A DNA stretch of 64,000 nt from Octopus vulgaris (Eukaryota). Positions 27,201 through 41,563 of the stretch are shown here, piece after piece (the stretch's first letter is position 1; each line of letters starts with the position of its first letter). The translations under genes were made by a program, and so were the position numbers. A model generated the notes under the pieces. It worked only from the letters and a program-made list of their open reading frames with translations. It was not told the origin of the DNA and did no database searches. Location of the stretch: positions 63,736,001 to 63,800,000 of the forward strand of contig OX597827.1 in NCBI GenBank assembly GCA_951406725.2. Reading direction: 5' to 3'.

Positions 27201-28242
27201 ATACACACACACACTCACACACACACATACACACACACACATATACATGTATATGCATTTGTATATGCACATTACATGTTTGATACATAATTTAAAAAAC
27301 CTCAAGTGATTATACTAATTGACTTCCACCATGTTTATATACATACATATATACATACTTACATATAAATAGATAGATATGTATATATATATATATAATT
27401 TATCTATATATGTATATATATATATATGTGTGCGTGTATATACATTATATATACACACATATATATAAATGTATATATACTTGTAAAGAGAGCGTGAGAG
27501 GCAGGGTATAGGCATGGGTGTGAGGTAAGAATCTTGCTTCTCAACCACTTGGTTCTGAGTTCAGTCCCACTGGTTGGCACATTGGGCAAGTAACTTCTAC
27601 TATAGCCCCTGGTCAATCAAAGCACCATGAGTGGAGTTCACAGTGTCAAGCGTTGATTGCATCACACACATACATATATATATATATATAAACGTGTGGA
27701 GGCGCAATGGCCCAGTGGTTAGGGCAGCAGTCGTAGGAACGCAGTTTCGATTCCCAGACCGGAAGTTGTGAGTGTTTATTGAGCAAAAACACCTAAAAGC
27801 TACACGAGGCTCCGGCAGAGGGTGGTTATCCCTGCTGTACTCTTTCGCCACTCTTTCTCCCACTCTTTCTTCTGTTGGCCTGCTCTCTTAGCCAGTGGGG
27901 TGGCATCATTTGAAGGCTAAAACAATGCGAACGCATTGTGACCAGCGATGTGTAACAACATCTGATGGTCTGGTCAGTCACGTGATCACGTGATATAAAC
28001 GTATATATACATATATTTACATACACACACACACACACATATGTGTATATGAGAAGGTGAAAGTGTTGTATGTGTTTTATTATCTTGAAATTTAAAATCC
28101 CATGTGTTTATATGCAAGACTGACGGCCAGCTAAGATCAGTCATGCCAGAAATAGAAATAAATCATATTCTTCTATGTATGAAAGCATGAAACTGTAGTG
28201 AGAAAGATAGGAATTTTTTTATATTATATATATATATATATA

Positions 28243-28632
28243 GGTGCAGGAGTCGCTGTGTGGTAAGTAGCTTGCTTACGAAGCACATGGTTCCGGGTTC
28301 AGTCCCACTGTGTGGCATCTTGGGCAAGTGTCTTCTGCTGTAGCCTCGGGCCGACCAAAGCCTTGTGAGTGGATTTGGTAGACGGAAACTGAAAGAAGCC
28401 TGTCGTATATATGTATGTGTGTCTGTGTTTGTTCCCCTAGCATTGCTTGACAACCGATACTGGTGTGTTTATGTTGCCGTCACTTAGCGGTTCGGCAAAA
28501 AGCAACCGATAGAATAAGTACTGGGCTTACAAAGAATAAGTCCTGGGGTCGATTTGCTTGACTAAAGGTGGTGCTCCAGCATGGCCGCAGTTAAATGACT
28601 GAAACAAGTAAAAGAGTAAAAGAGAGTAAAGA
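28243..28632 (+). mobile_element. tRNA-derived SINE family A, full-length (head GGAGTGGCTGTGTGGTAAG, CORE-like CTTGGGCAAG, internal microsatellite, stem-loop tail, GAGTAAAA repeats)
   Basis: A/B-box-like head; homologous copies at ~2438-3052(+), 7872-8300(+), 13889-14302(+), 16075-16460(+), 17880-18035(-), 21225-21420(-), 22712-23035(+), 37195-37580(-). Confidence 0.85.
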
Positions 28633-28633
28633 G

Positions 28634-28664
<31 letters not shown>

Positions 28665-29186
28665 ACACACACACACACATATATAGATAGATAGATATAG
28701 ATACATACGTACATACATGTTTAAATAAGATAGTGGTGCAATGATGCACCAGTATTTACTGGAAATAGCAGTTGATAATATACGATGCTATAGTAAAGCT
28801 CCACTGTGTATATATACTGGCAAACATAAAAAATTTCATCTTAGCTGTTGGAAAAACATTAAATAAATGTACAACCCAAATATGGATAATCTAGGACCTA
28901 GGTTTCAAGCTTTCCAACTTATGTTTCTTACCATAAATTTGATTAGTTCTCATTGGCTGGATTCACTTAGACAAAATCTCAAATGTCACTACATTAATGC
29001 CAGTATATACTCGTCTGAAACGCCTAGCCATTATCAGACCAAGAACAGTGAAAGAGTTTTCAAAGAAAAAAATTATTAAATAGTGCAGTGCAGTAGTATT
29101 GCTTCCCAGTAAAACAAAGCACCATCAGGTTAAAGTATAAATAAGATAGTGGTACAACAATGCATCAATATTTATACGCACATGTG

Positions 29187-29500
29187 AAGGTGCATGGCTT
29201 AGTATTTAGAGCATCGAGCTTACAATTGTGAGGTTGTAAGTTCAATTCCCGGACCAGGCTGCATGTTATGTTCTTGAGCAAGACACTTTATTTCACGTTG
29301 CTCCAGTTCACTCAGCTGTAGAAATGAGTTGTAATGTCACTGGTTTCAAGCTGTATTGGTCTTTGCATGGGTGACTGCTGGTCTTCCATAAAAGCAACCC
29401 TAGGTTGTGTGTTCACCAGTGAGGCAACTTTCTGTCCATACTTGTACCCTGGAGGGGAACTTCTTAGGTGCACCCATGGTCATTTGTGACCGATGGAGTC
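29187..29500 (+). mobile_element. tRNA-derived SINE family E
   Basis: Head GAAGGTGCATGGCTTAGT..AGAGC..GTTCAATTCCC; core GTTCTTGAGCAAGACACTT; B-box-deleted copies at 11921-12226 and 13276-13581. Confidence 0.8.
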
Positions 29501-30380
29501 CAGAGAGTTTTATATATAAAGACACACACACACATATATATAGTTGTATGAATGAGAGAGAGAGAGAGAGAGAAAGACAGTGTGTGGGTGTATATATATT
29601 TATGTATGTATATATGTGTATATAGATATGTGGAGGCACATGGCCTAGTGGTTAGAGCAGCAGACTCACGGTCGAGGGATCACGGGTTCAAATCTCAGAC
29701 CGGAAGATGTGTGTGTTTATGAGCGAAACACCTAAGCTCCACGTGGCTCTGGCAGAAGGTAATGGTGAAACTTCTGATGACTCTTTCGCCACAACTTTCT
29801 CTCGCTCTTTCCTCCTGCATCTTGCAGCTCACCTATTACGGACTGGTGTCCCGTCCAGGTGGGGAACCTATACGGCAAGGAAACCGGGAAACCAGACCTA
29901 ATAGCCAGGCATAGCTCTTGAAAAGGAACAAACAACAACAACAACAATATATAGATATACATAACATATGGCACATGTGCACTAATGTATACAATTTGAA
30001 TTATTGCTCACATACACATTGTAAAATGGTGGCAGAAATTGATATTGGTGCTTGAGACAAAACCTACAGCTTGCCAGATCCCGTCACACCATCCAACCCA
30101 TGACAGCATGGAAAGCGAACTTTAAATGATGACGGTTGACGATTATGATGGTTCAAGTATATGCTTACTAATGATGTAAAGCTACATGCATATACACTTA
30201 TCTTATATTATTGTACACATACTCATGCATTCACACATCTGAAACTGTTATAGCACATACACACATTTGCATATTTCATATTCTGGTACACGAGCACATT
30301 TCACATAAAAATACATGTACACTAAATCACATCCTGTTCATAAGCATTAAATCACATTCTACTCATAAACACAAGCATAT

Positions 30381-30672
30381 GCATACATCTCATATTTTTT
30401 GTATACATCTCACATTTTATGCATACATCTCACATTTTGTTCATACATCTCACATTTTGTGTATACATCCCACATTCTGTGCATGCATCTCATGTTTTTT
30501 GCATACGTCTCACATTTTGTTCATACATCTCACATTTTGTGTATACATCCCACATTCTGTGCATGCATCTCATGTTTTGTGCATACATCTCACATTTTGT
30601 TCATGCATCTTACATTTTGTGCATACATCCCACATTTTGTGCATACATCTCACTTTTTGCATACATCTCACA
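30381..30672. repeat. 20-bp minisatellite (GCATACATCTCACATTTTGT)n
   Basis: About 14 tandem units with a ~100-bp higher-order repeat. Confidence 0.9.
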
Positions 30673-30953
30673 ATCTGACACACAAACAGACATATACACT
30701 AAAACACACTGTTCATAAACACATGCATACATCCCACATCTCAGATTCTGGCACCTCTCACATTCTGTAAAAATATCCACATTCGCACATTTCATATTCT
30801 GGTGGGTGTGCATTTGTGTGTGTGTGTGTTTGTATGTATGTATGTAATCATGCATACATTTCATGTTTTCACATTATGCCACATACCACATGTACACATT
30901 ACTTTACTACACATGCATTTATGCAACCATGCTATCAGATACACAAATATCTA

Positions 30954-30989
<36 letters not shown>

Positions 30990-31556
30990 CACATATACAA
31001 TTAAATTCATAAACGTATAAACCCATGCTCAGAGACACACATGTAGACATATATAAGCACATATATTTAAATATGTAGACATGCATAAACATACACATAT
31101 AAATACATGCATAGATATACATAGAGGGAGACAATATATTAGACAAATAACAAGTACATATAGATATATATATATAAACACTCGTTCAGAAATAAACACA
31201 CACATACAAACATATAAATGTATAAATACATACATGTATAAGCACATATACCTACATATGTAGACACACGTAAACATACATATATAAGCACACACATTAG
31301 CAAACACACAGACACACATACGCATACACACATGTGTGCATTACTATATTGTAAATTCCTTGGTCGGCATCCTAACTGTGAGTCATGCATCGTTGAGGCT
31401 GCACGCCAGCAGCTGACTGGTAGACAACGACAAACCAGCACCACAGAGAGAGTGTGTGTGTGTGTGTGCGAGCGCAGTGTGCATGAGGGGGTGGTTGAAG
31501 TGCACGCAGAAGAGGGATGAGGTGAAGAAGAGGAGTAAAGTTAGAGAAAAGAGAAC

Positions 31557-31592
<36 letters not shown>

Positions 31593-31777
31593 GGGAGCGC
31601 AGAGTGCGACAGGGAAAAAGGTGATGGTGGTGATAGCAATGGTGGTGGTTGTTGTGGTGGTGGTGGTTGTGGTGGTGGTCGGGTGGTGGTGGTGGTGGTT
31701 TGGTGTTTGGGTGGGAAGAAAGGTAGGGCCCAGTTGATTGCTTCCGCACAACTGACTCACGCTGAATGACATCAGTA

Positions 31778-31821
<44 letters not shown>

Positions 31822-32454
31822 GCACACACACATGCCATATATATGCATACATCATTTTATACACACACACACACACACACATACATATACTCATTTACAG
31901 GGCGATTGTTACACACCTACACATATACATGCCATACACACACACATATATATATATACATACACACACATACCACTCTTAATATACATGATATACACAC
32001 TCACAAACACACATACCTTACATTCACACATACATATATACCTGATATATAAACACACAAACACATACCTTGCATGCATACATCGATACATATCACATGT
32101 ATATACAAAATATACACACAAACCACTCATACATACACATACATACATGTATGCATATATACCTATCACACATACATGCATATGTAAACATACACATGCA
32201 TGCATGTATATATATATATATGTATGTAGGCATTATACACATTTGCATATATACACACACATAAAGATGTGATCATACGCATAAATATATTAACACTTAG
32301 GCAAACTTGAATACCAGAACAATCACGTGTATCTATATGTATGTGTGTGAACGTGTGGAGCAGTGTATGCGTGTGTGTGTGTATCGTTGTTCTATGCTGT
32401 ATTATGTGTTACATGGTTATTGTGTATGTGTGTGCTGTTGATGTCTTTGTTCCT

Positions 32455-33270
32455 TATGTATGTATGTATGTAAGTACATATGTATGCATGTATGAACGTT
32501 TGTATGCATGTACGAATTCATATATGTATATATGAAGTACGTTTGTATGTATGTAAGTATGTGTGTATTCATGAATAGACGTTTGTATGCATGCACGTAT
32601 GTATATATGTATATATGTAGTACGTTTGTATGTATGTATGCATGTATGGACGTTTGTATGTATGTATGTGTGTATTCATGAATAGACGTTTGTATGCATG
32701 CACGTATGTATATATGTATATATGTAGTACGTTTGTATGTATGTATGCATGTATGGACGTTTGTATGTATGTATGTATGAATACATACATGTATGTATAC
32801 ATGTAATACATTTGTATATAAGTATATATGCATGTATGGACGTTTGTATGTACGTATGTATGTATGTATGTATGCATATATGTATATATGTAGTACGTTT
32901 GTATGTAAGTATATATGCATGTATGGAAGTTTGTATGTATGTATGCATATATGTATGTATACATGTAGTACGTTTGTATGTAAGTACGTATGTATGCATG
33001 TATGGAAGCTTGTATGTATATATGTACATATGTACATATGTATATATGTATTACACTTGTATGTATGTAAGTACGTATATATGCATGTATGGACGTTTGT
33101 ATGTATGTATGTATACATATATGTATATATGTAGTACATTTGTACGTATGTAAGTGGGTTTGTATGTATGTAAGTGCTTTTGTATGCATGTATGTTCCTA
33201 TTTATGTATGGACGTTTTGTAAGTACGTTTGTATGTATATATGTATGCATATATGTGTGTATGTACGTAA
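32455..33270. repeat. (TATG)-derived minisatellite with recurring GACGTTTGTATG / GTACGTTTGTATG
   Basis: Direct inspection. Confidence 0.85.
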
Positions 33271-34239
33271 GTAAAAAAGAGTGTGTGTGTATGTGTTTGT
33301 ATGCATCTGTATTGTTTGTGCATTTCTATGTTGTATTGTCTCTGTTCCTTCTATGTGCATATGTGTGAGAAAGACAGTGAGAGAGAGAGAGAGAGAGAAA
33401 GCATGAATGAGTACTGTGTTGTATGTTTTTATCATGTGTATGTGCGTGCTTATGTATGCTGCATCTTTATTCTGTATACGTACGTGTTCGAATGAGCGAG
33501 ACGCCATAGATGTGCTGTGTGGTATCTTTGTATTACAAGTGTTTGAGCGTGTGTTTTGTTCTGTATATGTGTGTACGTGAGACACCCTCTCCCTCTCTCT
33601 CTCCCCCTATATATATATATATATATGTATGTATATATGTATGTATATATGTATAAATGTGTGTGTGTATGCATGTATGTGGTTTTTGTGTGCTGTGTGG
33701 TTGTGTCTTTCCACTGTATTTATTCGGGCTTGTTTATGTCTTTGTTCAGTCAGTGTATGTATACTTGTGTATGTGGTGTGCGTGTGTGTATGTGTGTGTG
33801 CGTGTAACTATGTATGTGTGCTATTTTTATGTATTTACTGAATATGTCTGTGTGTGTTTTACGTTGTCTGTGTGATGTGTATGTGCTTATGTATGTATGT
33901 ATGTATGTATGTATGTATGCTGTATACATTATAAGGTGTATGTGTATGAGAATATGTTATACCATGTGTGGTGCGCCTAAGTATGTATATATATATGTAT
34001 GTATGTATGTATATACGTATGTGTGTGAGACAATCTACAATACATGCAGGATTGTATGGCATGTACCATCTTGCATTCCATTCTGCTACAACACCATTCC
34101 TCCTTCCTCTGCTCTTTCTCTACCTCCTTCCCTTTCTCCATTTCCCCCCTGCTCCCTTCTCCCATCCCTTTTACTACTACTCTGCCTCCTCCCCACTCTC
34201 TCTCCTTTCTTTCCAATCTCTCACTATTTCTCTCTATAA

Positions 34240-35540
34240 TAATACTCTTTCTTCTCTTTTTTCATTCTTCCACTCATTCCGTATTTTATTCTTTCATTCT
34301 ATTATTCTTTTGCTCTGTTACCATTTCACTTCTTTTACTCTGCTCCTCTTTTATTTCTTTCGATCATTTTATCCTTCAAGTATTTCATTCCTTTTATTCT
34401 TTCTTTCACTCTTTTTTTCATTTCTCACTTTCAACATTGTCTACATTTCTTTCATTCTTTCATTTTATCATTCATTCCTTCTTTCATTCTTTATTCTTTC
34501 ATTCTTTATTCTTTCACTCATTTATTCTTTCAACATTTTATTCTCTTCTTTAAAATTTTAATCTTATTCTTTCAATTCTTCATTCATTTCCTTTTCTTCA
34601 TTATTTTGTTCAATTTTTCACTCTTTTTTTGAAGTTTTATACCTTTATTCTATTGATTTACCATTTATTTTTCATTCTTTTACTCATTCACTAAGTTTTC
34701 CTTTCTTTCATTCATTGTTTCTTTCAAATATTTATTGTTTATTTCATTCTTTAATCTTATCATTCAATCTTTTATTTTTTCATTAAGATTTTATTTCTTT
34801 CATTCTGTTCTTTCATACTTTTGCCCTTTATTTCCTCCTTTAACTCTTTCATTCATCGCATCTTTCAATCCTTTATTTTTTCCATTTCCATTTTTGTTTC
34901 TTTCTTCACTGCTTTCACTCCTTTGTTCTTTTCTTTCTTGAATTTTTATTCATTCATTCTTTTAATTATTCAATTAATTTTTTTGTTCTTTAACACATTC
35001 AGCCATTTCTTCTTTTCATTCTTTTATTCTTTCATTCAATTTCTCTTTCATTTTTTAAAATCCTTTCTCCCTTATTCAGTTTTCCTTAAGCTCTTCTTCA
35101 AGCTTTCATTCATGTCATTTTTCTCATTCATTTATTTTTCATATTCATTCCTTTCTGTTTTTAAATCTCTCATTATTTCATTCTTTCACTGTTTTTCTTT
35201 CCTCTGTTTTATTCTTTCATTCATTCTTTTTACTTCATTCCTTAAGTCTATTTTTCTTTTCTCTCTTTCAATCTTCTATTCATTTATTTTGCATTCATTT
35301 ATTTTTATACTTTCATTTTCTTACTTCTTTCAGTTTTTCTTTCTTCGCACACATTTAATCCTTCACTTTCTCCTTTCATTCCTTTATTCTTTCATAAATT
35401 TTTGTCACTTTGTCTCTCATTTACATTTTTATCCTTTCCCCTTTCATTCCTTTATTCATTTACATTGTTAATTCATTCAATGTTTCGTTTACACCTTCAC
35501 ACATCCATTTCATTGGTTTTCTAAATTCCTTCTATCTTTT
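34240..35540. repeat. 1.3-kb T-rich degenerate (TTCA)n low-complexity tract
   Basis: Almost no G on the + strand. Confidence 0.85.
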
Positions 35541-35543
35541 TCT

Positions 35544-35623
35544 AGTTTATGACTGTTTCTGCTATTAGATGCAATGCACTCATAGTTGAGTGCCTGAGTA
35601 TTACCCTAAGCTTCATCAGAGCT
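35544..35623 (-). ncRNA. Hammerhead-like motif with long stem II (decayed)
   Basis: AGCT-CTGATGA-A-[GCT TAGG GTAAT..GCACTCA(ACTA)TGAGTGC ATTGC ATCTA..AGC]-A-GAAAC-AGTC-ATA-AACT. Confidence 0.6.
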
Positions 35624-35892
35624 TTAGACCTGGATGGAGTGTATATTGAGTTCTAAGACTAGGTTATTAATATCATAATGCTTAAGTGAAATACATATAT
35701 ATCATCATTTAACGCCCGTTGTCCATGTTGGCATATATATGTGTGTGTGTTTGTGTGGAGAGAGAGTATGTATATATGTGATGATCCGGTTCTTGACTGA
35801 AGATTGAGGGCTTCGAATGTCCCGTCCGTGTTTTTTGTGTTGTCTTCTAAATGTTTCACGTTCTTGTCCCAGTTTGTATATTTTTTTACTTT

Positions 35893-35957
<65 letters not shown>

Positions 35958-36211
35958 CACTCATTCTATAAAGATATAACATTTGTATTCCATATATACA
36001 TATAAATACACACGCACAGACACACACACACACGCACACACACACACACATATATATATATATAATATTTTGGAGCAATGGTTATATGTCAATTACTGTG
36101 TTGCTGTGTTGAGTAAAGCACAGGCACAGTTTGGGCTACCTGGTGTCATCCAAAGTTGGGGTATATTTCCGTTGGATCTACTTCAGGAATATCACAGTGT
36201 TACTTGAGATA

Positions 36212-36337
36212 ATAATCGATTAAGGAAACAGAAGATGAATTTGGTATAACTCTTTATTTTGTACACATGTATACACACACACACACACACATATATAAGA
36301 ATTATACCAAATCCATTTTCTGTCTCCTTAATCGATT

Positions 36338-36339
<2 letters not shown>
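36212..36339. repeat. Inverted repeat around a (CA)/(TA) microsatellite
   Basis: ATAATCGATTAAGGAAACAGAAGATGAATTTGGTATAA / TTATACCAAATCCATTTTCTGTCTCCTTAATCGATTAT. Confidence 0.8.
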
Positions 36340-36384
<45 letters not shown>

Positions 36385-36475
36385 GTAGGTATGTGTTCAA
36401 ACACAAAGCTTTGGCAGTAAGTAGCATTATGTTTTAACTGAATATTTCATATGATCTTCTGGAGTACCACACAAT

Positions 36476-36539
36476 ATAGTTTGAATGATCACAGCCACAT
36501 ATTTCAAGTGTGTAGCTATGTGAAACCCTGAGTAGCAAT
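36476..36539 (+). ncRNA. Hammerhead-like motif with ~12-bp stem II (decayed)
   Basis: ATAGT-TTGAATGA-T-CACAGCCACATA(TTTCAAG)TGTGTAGCTATG-T-GAAAC-CCTGA-GTA-GCAAT. Confidence 0.45.
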
Positions 36540-36618
36540 TCAGTGAATTTTTTGACTGTTTAACCATAAATCAATACATATAAACAATAATCTGTGTATT
36601 GAATTCTCTCCTACACAA

Positions 36619-36670
<52 letters not shown>

Positions 36671-39667
36671 CAAGAGAGGAAGCATGACAGTACATATAGT
36701 AAAACTGGAATGATACAGATATGTACAAACATATATAATATAAATTTATACTGACAAACCTACACATATGTGTAATATTTATTCATGTGAAATATATATA
36801 TAAATCTCAGAGCGAGTTATGTATGTGTGTGTGTGGAAAACATCATCATGTGATTTCCACAATTTTCATTTTACAGCTGCACTTTTATGTCCTACATCAG
36901 TAAAGTTCAAAGAGGATTTTTGAATTTACCTTTTGTTTAGGATGTGTGAACTTTTTTCAATATGCTTTATATAGCAATTATAATAGATCTGACTAAACAT
37001 TCCTTTTTTTTTTATCATGCTACAGAAGTACTAAAGAAGTCTATGCATAAAATATTATGAGAGATATCATTTTCCAAGATTTCATTACCCATAATTTAGT
37101 GTACGTTATACATAAAGAAATATGGTATTTGTGTGGGTATATATATATACACATACATATGTTGAGAGAGAGAGAAAGTAAGAGTCTGGTTATCTTTTAT
37201 CTTTTGCTTATTTTAGTCATTGGATTACAGCCATGCTGGCCATGCCTTGACAGATTTTAGGTGAACAAATTGACCCTGGTATTTATTTTAAGGCCTGGTG
37301 TCTTATGCTGAGCCACTAAGTTATAAGGATATAAACAAACCAACACCAGTTGTCAAGCAGTTGTGAAGGGCAAAGAAAGCACAAAGACAGACACACAGAT
37401 CAACATACATGCACTAACACATATATGAGGGGCTTCCTTTGGTTTCCATTTCCCAAATCCACTCACAAGGCATTAATCAACCCAGGGCTATAGTAAGAGA
37501 TATTTTCGCAAGGTGCTATGCAGTGGAACTGAACCCAAGACCACATGATTGAGTAGCAAGCTTAACAACACAGCCATGCCTAGTGGAAAATATTCCAAGT
37601 TCTTACTTAAAACAGTGTAGGCGTTGAATTGATTTACCATTATATATCATGTTTTTTAACCTTTTCAAAGTTCTGGTAAACCTTGTTGTCATTCACGTTA
37701 AGAGATTTCAACTTTCTGCTTAAAAGAGAAAAGTGTTTACTGAATTAATATGGAAGCCTCAATGTAGTCACTTGAGTTGCTAGTAATTGCAACCAAATCT
37801 TCTTCAAATCCCACCCTACTTAACAAAAGGAAATATATAAGGATATTTTCAAGTGTATTGTGTGTGTCTGTATACTCATATATATCATCATCATCATCAT
37901 CATCATCATATATATATATGTATCTATCTATCTATCTATCTATCTATGTATATATATGTATAAGGTCATGCACAATTTTAAGTTCAATACACTCTAGAAT
38001 TGTCAAAGACATGCTTCAATTTTTTTTTTAAATTGAATAAAATAAATATAATAATAATAAATACACATGTACTTGTGTAGGACAAAAATGAAAATGACAA
38101 TAATAATAATAATAATGATAATAATAATAATAATGGTTTCAAAGTTTGCCTCAAGGGCAGCCATTTTGGGGGAGGGGATGAGTCGATTACATCAACCCCG
38201 GTGTTTCGCAGGTACTTAATTTATTGACCCCGAAAGGATAAAAGGCAAAGTCAACTTCTATGGTGCATATTAATAATAATAGTAATAATAATGATGATAT
38301 TTTAAAAGAATTGACGTAACTCTTCACAAAGGTAAATAGACAATATGAAGGGTGCGATGCAATTGCAATGGGTATTTCATTGTTTGAACGATATTTTGAC
38401 AGCAAGCCTGTCTTTGTCGAGTTCAAACTGAAAAGTAATAAAAATTCAAAATTATAGATATTCAAATCCAAAATATGACGAGAGCAACCAGCATCCATAC
38501 ATTGATGGAATGACATCATCAGTCTTCAAAGTTCAATTTTACAACTGGTAAAAAGAAAAAGATAGAAAAACATGAAAAAAAGAAAGGAAAAAGAAGAATA
38601 TTTAATCAAACAGTTTTGTGTAAATTTGATGAAATTCTCCTGTCATTTTATTAATTTGTCCAGGGCATGGTGTTAATAACCCACAAACATATTTCTTCTC
38701 ATGCATTTTGAGTATTGAAAGTGTAGCAGTCTCAGAATATTTTCTGGGAATATGCACTTTCAAGTCTTTCTCAAAATTGCAGCCATTTAATGCAAAATGT
38801 TTGGCAAGTTCATCATCATCATTTAACACCTGTTGTCCATGCTGGCATGGGTCAGACAGTTTGACCAGGGCTAGCAAGCTGGAAGACTGCACCAGGATCC
38901 AGTCTGTTTTGGCATGGTTTCTACAGCTGGATGTCCTTCCTATTGCCAACCACTCTGAAAATGTAAGGGCTGCTTTTACGTGCCACCAGCATGGGTGCCA
39001 GTTATGTAACACCAGTATCTGTCACGACTGCAGTTTTACTTGGCTTGATGTGTCTTCTTCTCAAGCACAGCATAATGCTTTCATGTGCCACCACCATGGG
39101 TGCCATTTATGAATAATAATAATAATAATAATAATCCTTTCTGTTGTAGGCACAAGGCCTGAAATTTGGTGGGAAGGGACTAGTTGTTTACATCTACTCC
39201 AGTGTTTTACTAGTACTTAATTTATCAACCCCAACAGAATTAAAGGCAAAAATCAACCTTGGTAGAATTTGAACTCAGACAAAATACCACTAAGCATTTC
39301 GCCTGGCTTGCTGCCGACTGCCAGCTTGCCACCTTTATAGTAATAATAATCATAATAATAATAATAATAATAATAATGATAATAGTAATAATAATAATGG
39401 TTTCAAATTTTGCCACAATGGCAGCAGTTTTGTGGTAGAGGGTTAGTCGATTGCATTGACCCTAGTGACTGGTACCTAATTTATCAACCCCGAAAGGATG
39501 AAAGATAAAGTCAGCCTAGGCGGAATTTGAACTCAGAATGTAGCAACAGGCAATATGTGGCTAAGCATTTTGTCCAGTGGACTAACAATTCTGCCAGCTT
39601 GCTGCATTAATTATTAATAATAATAATAATAATAACATAGTATAGATGTCAAATGTTTTTGTGCATT

Positions 39668-40064
39668 CTTTACTCTTTTACTTGTTTCAGTCATTTGACT
39701 GTGGCCATGCCGGAGCACCGCCTTTAATCAAGCAAACCAACCCCAGGACTTATTCTTTGTAAGCCTAGTACTTATTCTATCGGTCTCTTTTGCCGAACCG
39801 CTAAGGTACAGGGGCGTAAACACACCAGCATCGTTGTCAAGTGATGTTGGGTGGGACAAACACAGACACACAAACATATACACACACATGCATACATACA
39901 CATACATACGACAGGCTTCTTTCAGTTTCCGTCTACCAAATCCACTCGCAAGGCTTTGGTCGGCCTGAGCCTATAGCAGAAGACACTTGCCCAAGGTGCC
40001 ACGCAGTGGGACTGAACCCGGAACCATATGGTTGGTAAGCAAGCTACCACACAGACACTCCTGG

Positions 40065-40068
<4 letters not shown>
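39668..40068 (-). mobile_element. SINE family A copy
   Basis: Reverse complement of the 28243-28632 consensus. Confidence 0.85.
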
Positions 40069-40122
<54 letters not shown>

Positions 40123-40586
40123 TATATTATTGAATTCAGAAATCCTGTTTTGGTCTATTTATTTCACCTCCATACTTTCTGATTTCAAATCCTTCCAGTC
40201 ATCTTGGCTATTTTTATTCTTTTGGGGTTGGTAAATTGAAGTACTAATCAGTTACTAGAATCGACAGACTTGACTAATCCCCTCTCCCTCAAAACTATTG
40301 GCTCTATGGCTAATTCTAAAACACTTATCACAAGCACACACACACACATACATATATATATACAACAGACTTCTTTCAGTCATCATCTACCAAATCCACT
40401 CACGAGGCTTTGGTTGGCCAGGGGCTAGTGTGAGTGTGTGTGTGTTTGTGTTTCCTAGCCATGCCAGCATTGAAGACAGTCGTTAAATGATGATATTGGA
40501 TATACATATATATATATATACATACAAACATACATGCATACATACATACGTATAAATATATATTTATATATATGTGTGTGTGTATG

Positions 40587-40620
<34 letters not shown>

Positions 40621-40650
40621 TTTATACAGATGCATATAAATATATACATT

Positions 40651-40701
<51 letters not shown>

Positions 40702-41477
40702 ATATCTGTACACTCACACATGCACATATATAATCCATCATGCACGTGTGCATTATACCTCAGAAGAGCAGAAGGTTGGGGGTGGGGGTGGGGGTAGGAG
40801 ACGCACAGCAGATATGAGTGCTGTAATTTCCAGTCACATGATCGAAACCTTTTCTTAGTCATGTGACCTCAATTTCTCCATTGCTTCAAGGAACTCCGGC
40901 AGAAGATCAAAGGCCTCTCGCAGAACACGACATTTCCGGATTCTGCCATCAAACCTCACCCTTTTTCTGCAACCCTCACTCCTCCTCCACCCCCTACCCA
41001 CATCCATACCCTCACCACCACCACCACCTGCATCATCACTGCCAAATACAACTCCATGTCTTCTGCTGTGTATTTCCTTGTTATGCAATATAACGGTGGT
41101 TGTGACGATTGGATGGTGGTGGTGTTGGTGGTGGTGGTGGTGGTAATAGGGCGGGTGGTGTGTAATGTGTGATTCTGTTTGTATGTGTACATGTGTGTGT
41201 ATGTGTTTGTGTGTGTGTGTGTTTGTGTGTATGTGTGTCTTTGTGTTTTGATGTATGCTTGAATTTAGGCATGCACATATGCACACACATTTGTATACAT
41301 ACATACATATATATATATACATAGCAGTATACAGATATTTGTGTATAGACAGATAGAGAAAAGGAGATAGATAGATAGATAGATAGATTGATAGATAAAT
41401 GTATATATACATATCTGTTAATACATATCCAACCTTTTATCTATCTATCAATCTATCAATCCATCTGTCTGTCTGTC

Positions 41478-41563
<86 letters not shown>

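Noticed and set aside
35795-35825. CTGAAGA...CGAATGTC motif
   Set aside because: Stems I and II cannot be formed convincingly
38459-38547. Possible exon (tatAG..YSNPKYDESNQHPYIDG..TG|GTAAAA) and a reverse CTGATGA
   Set aside because: No polypyrimidine tract, phase 2 does not fit the flanking phase-0 exons, and no GAAA partner for a hammerhead
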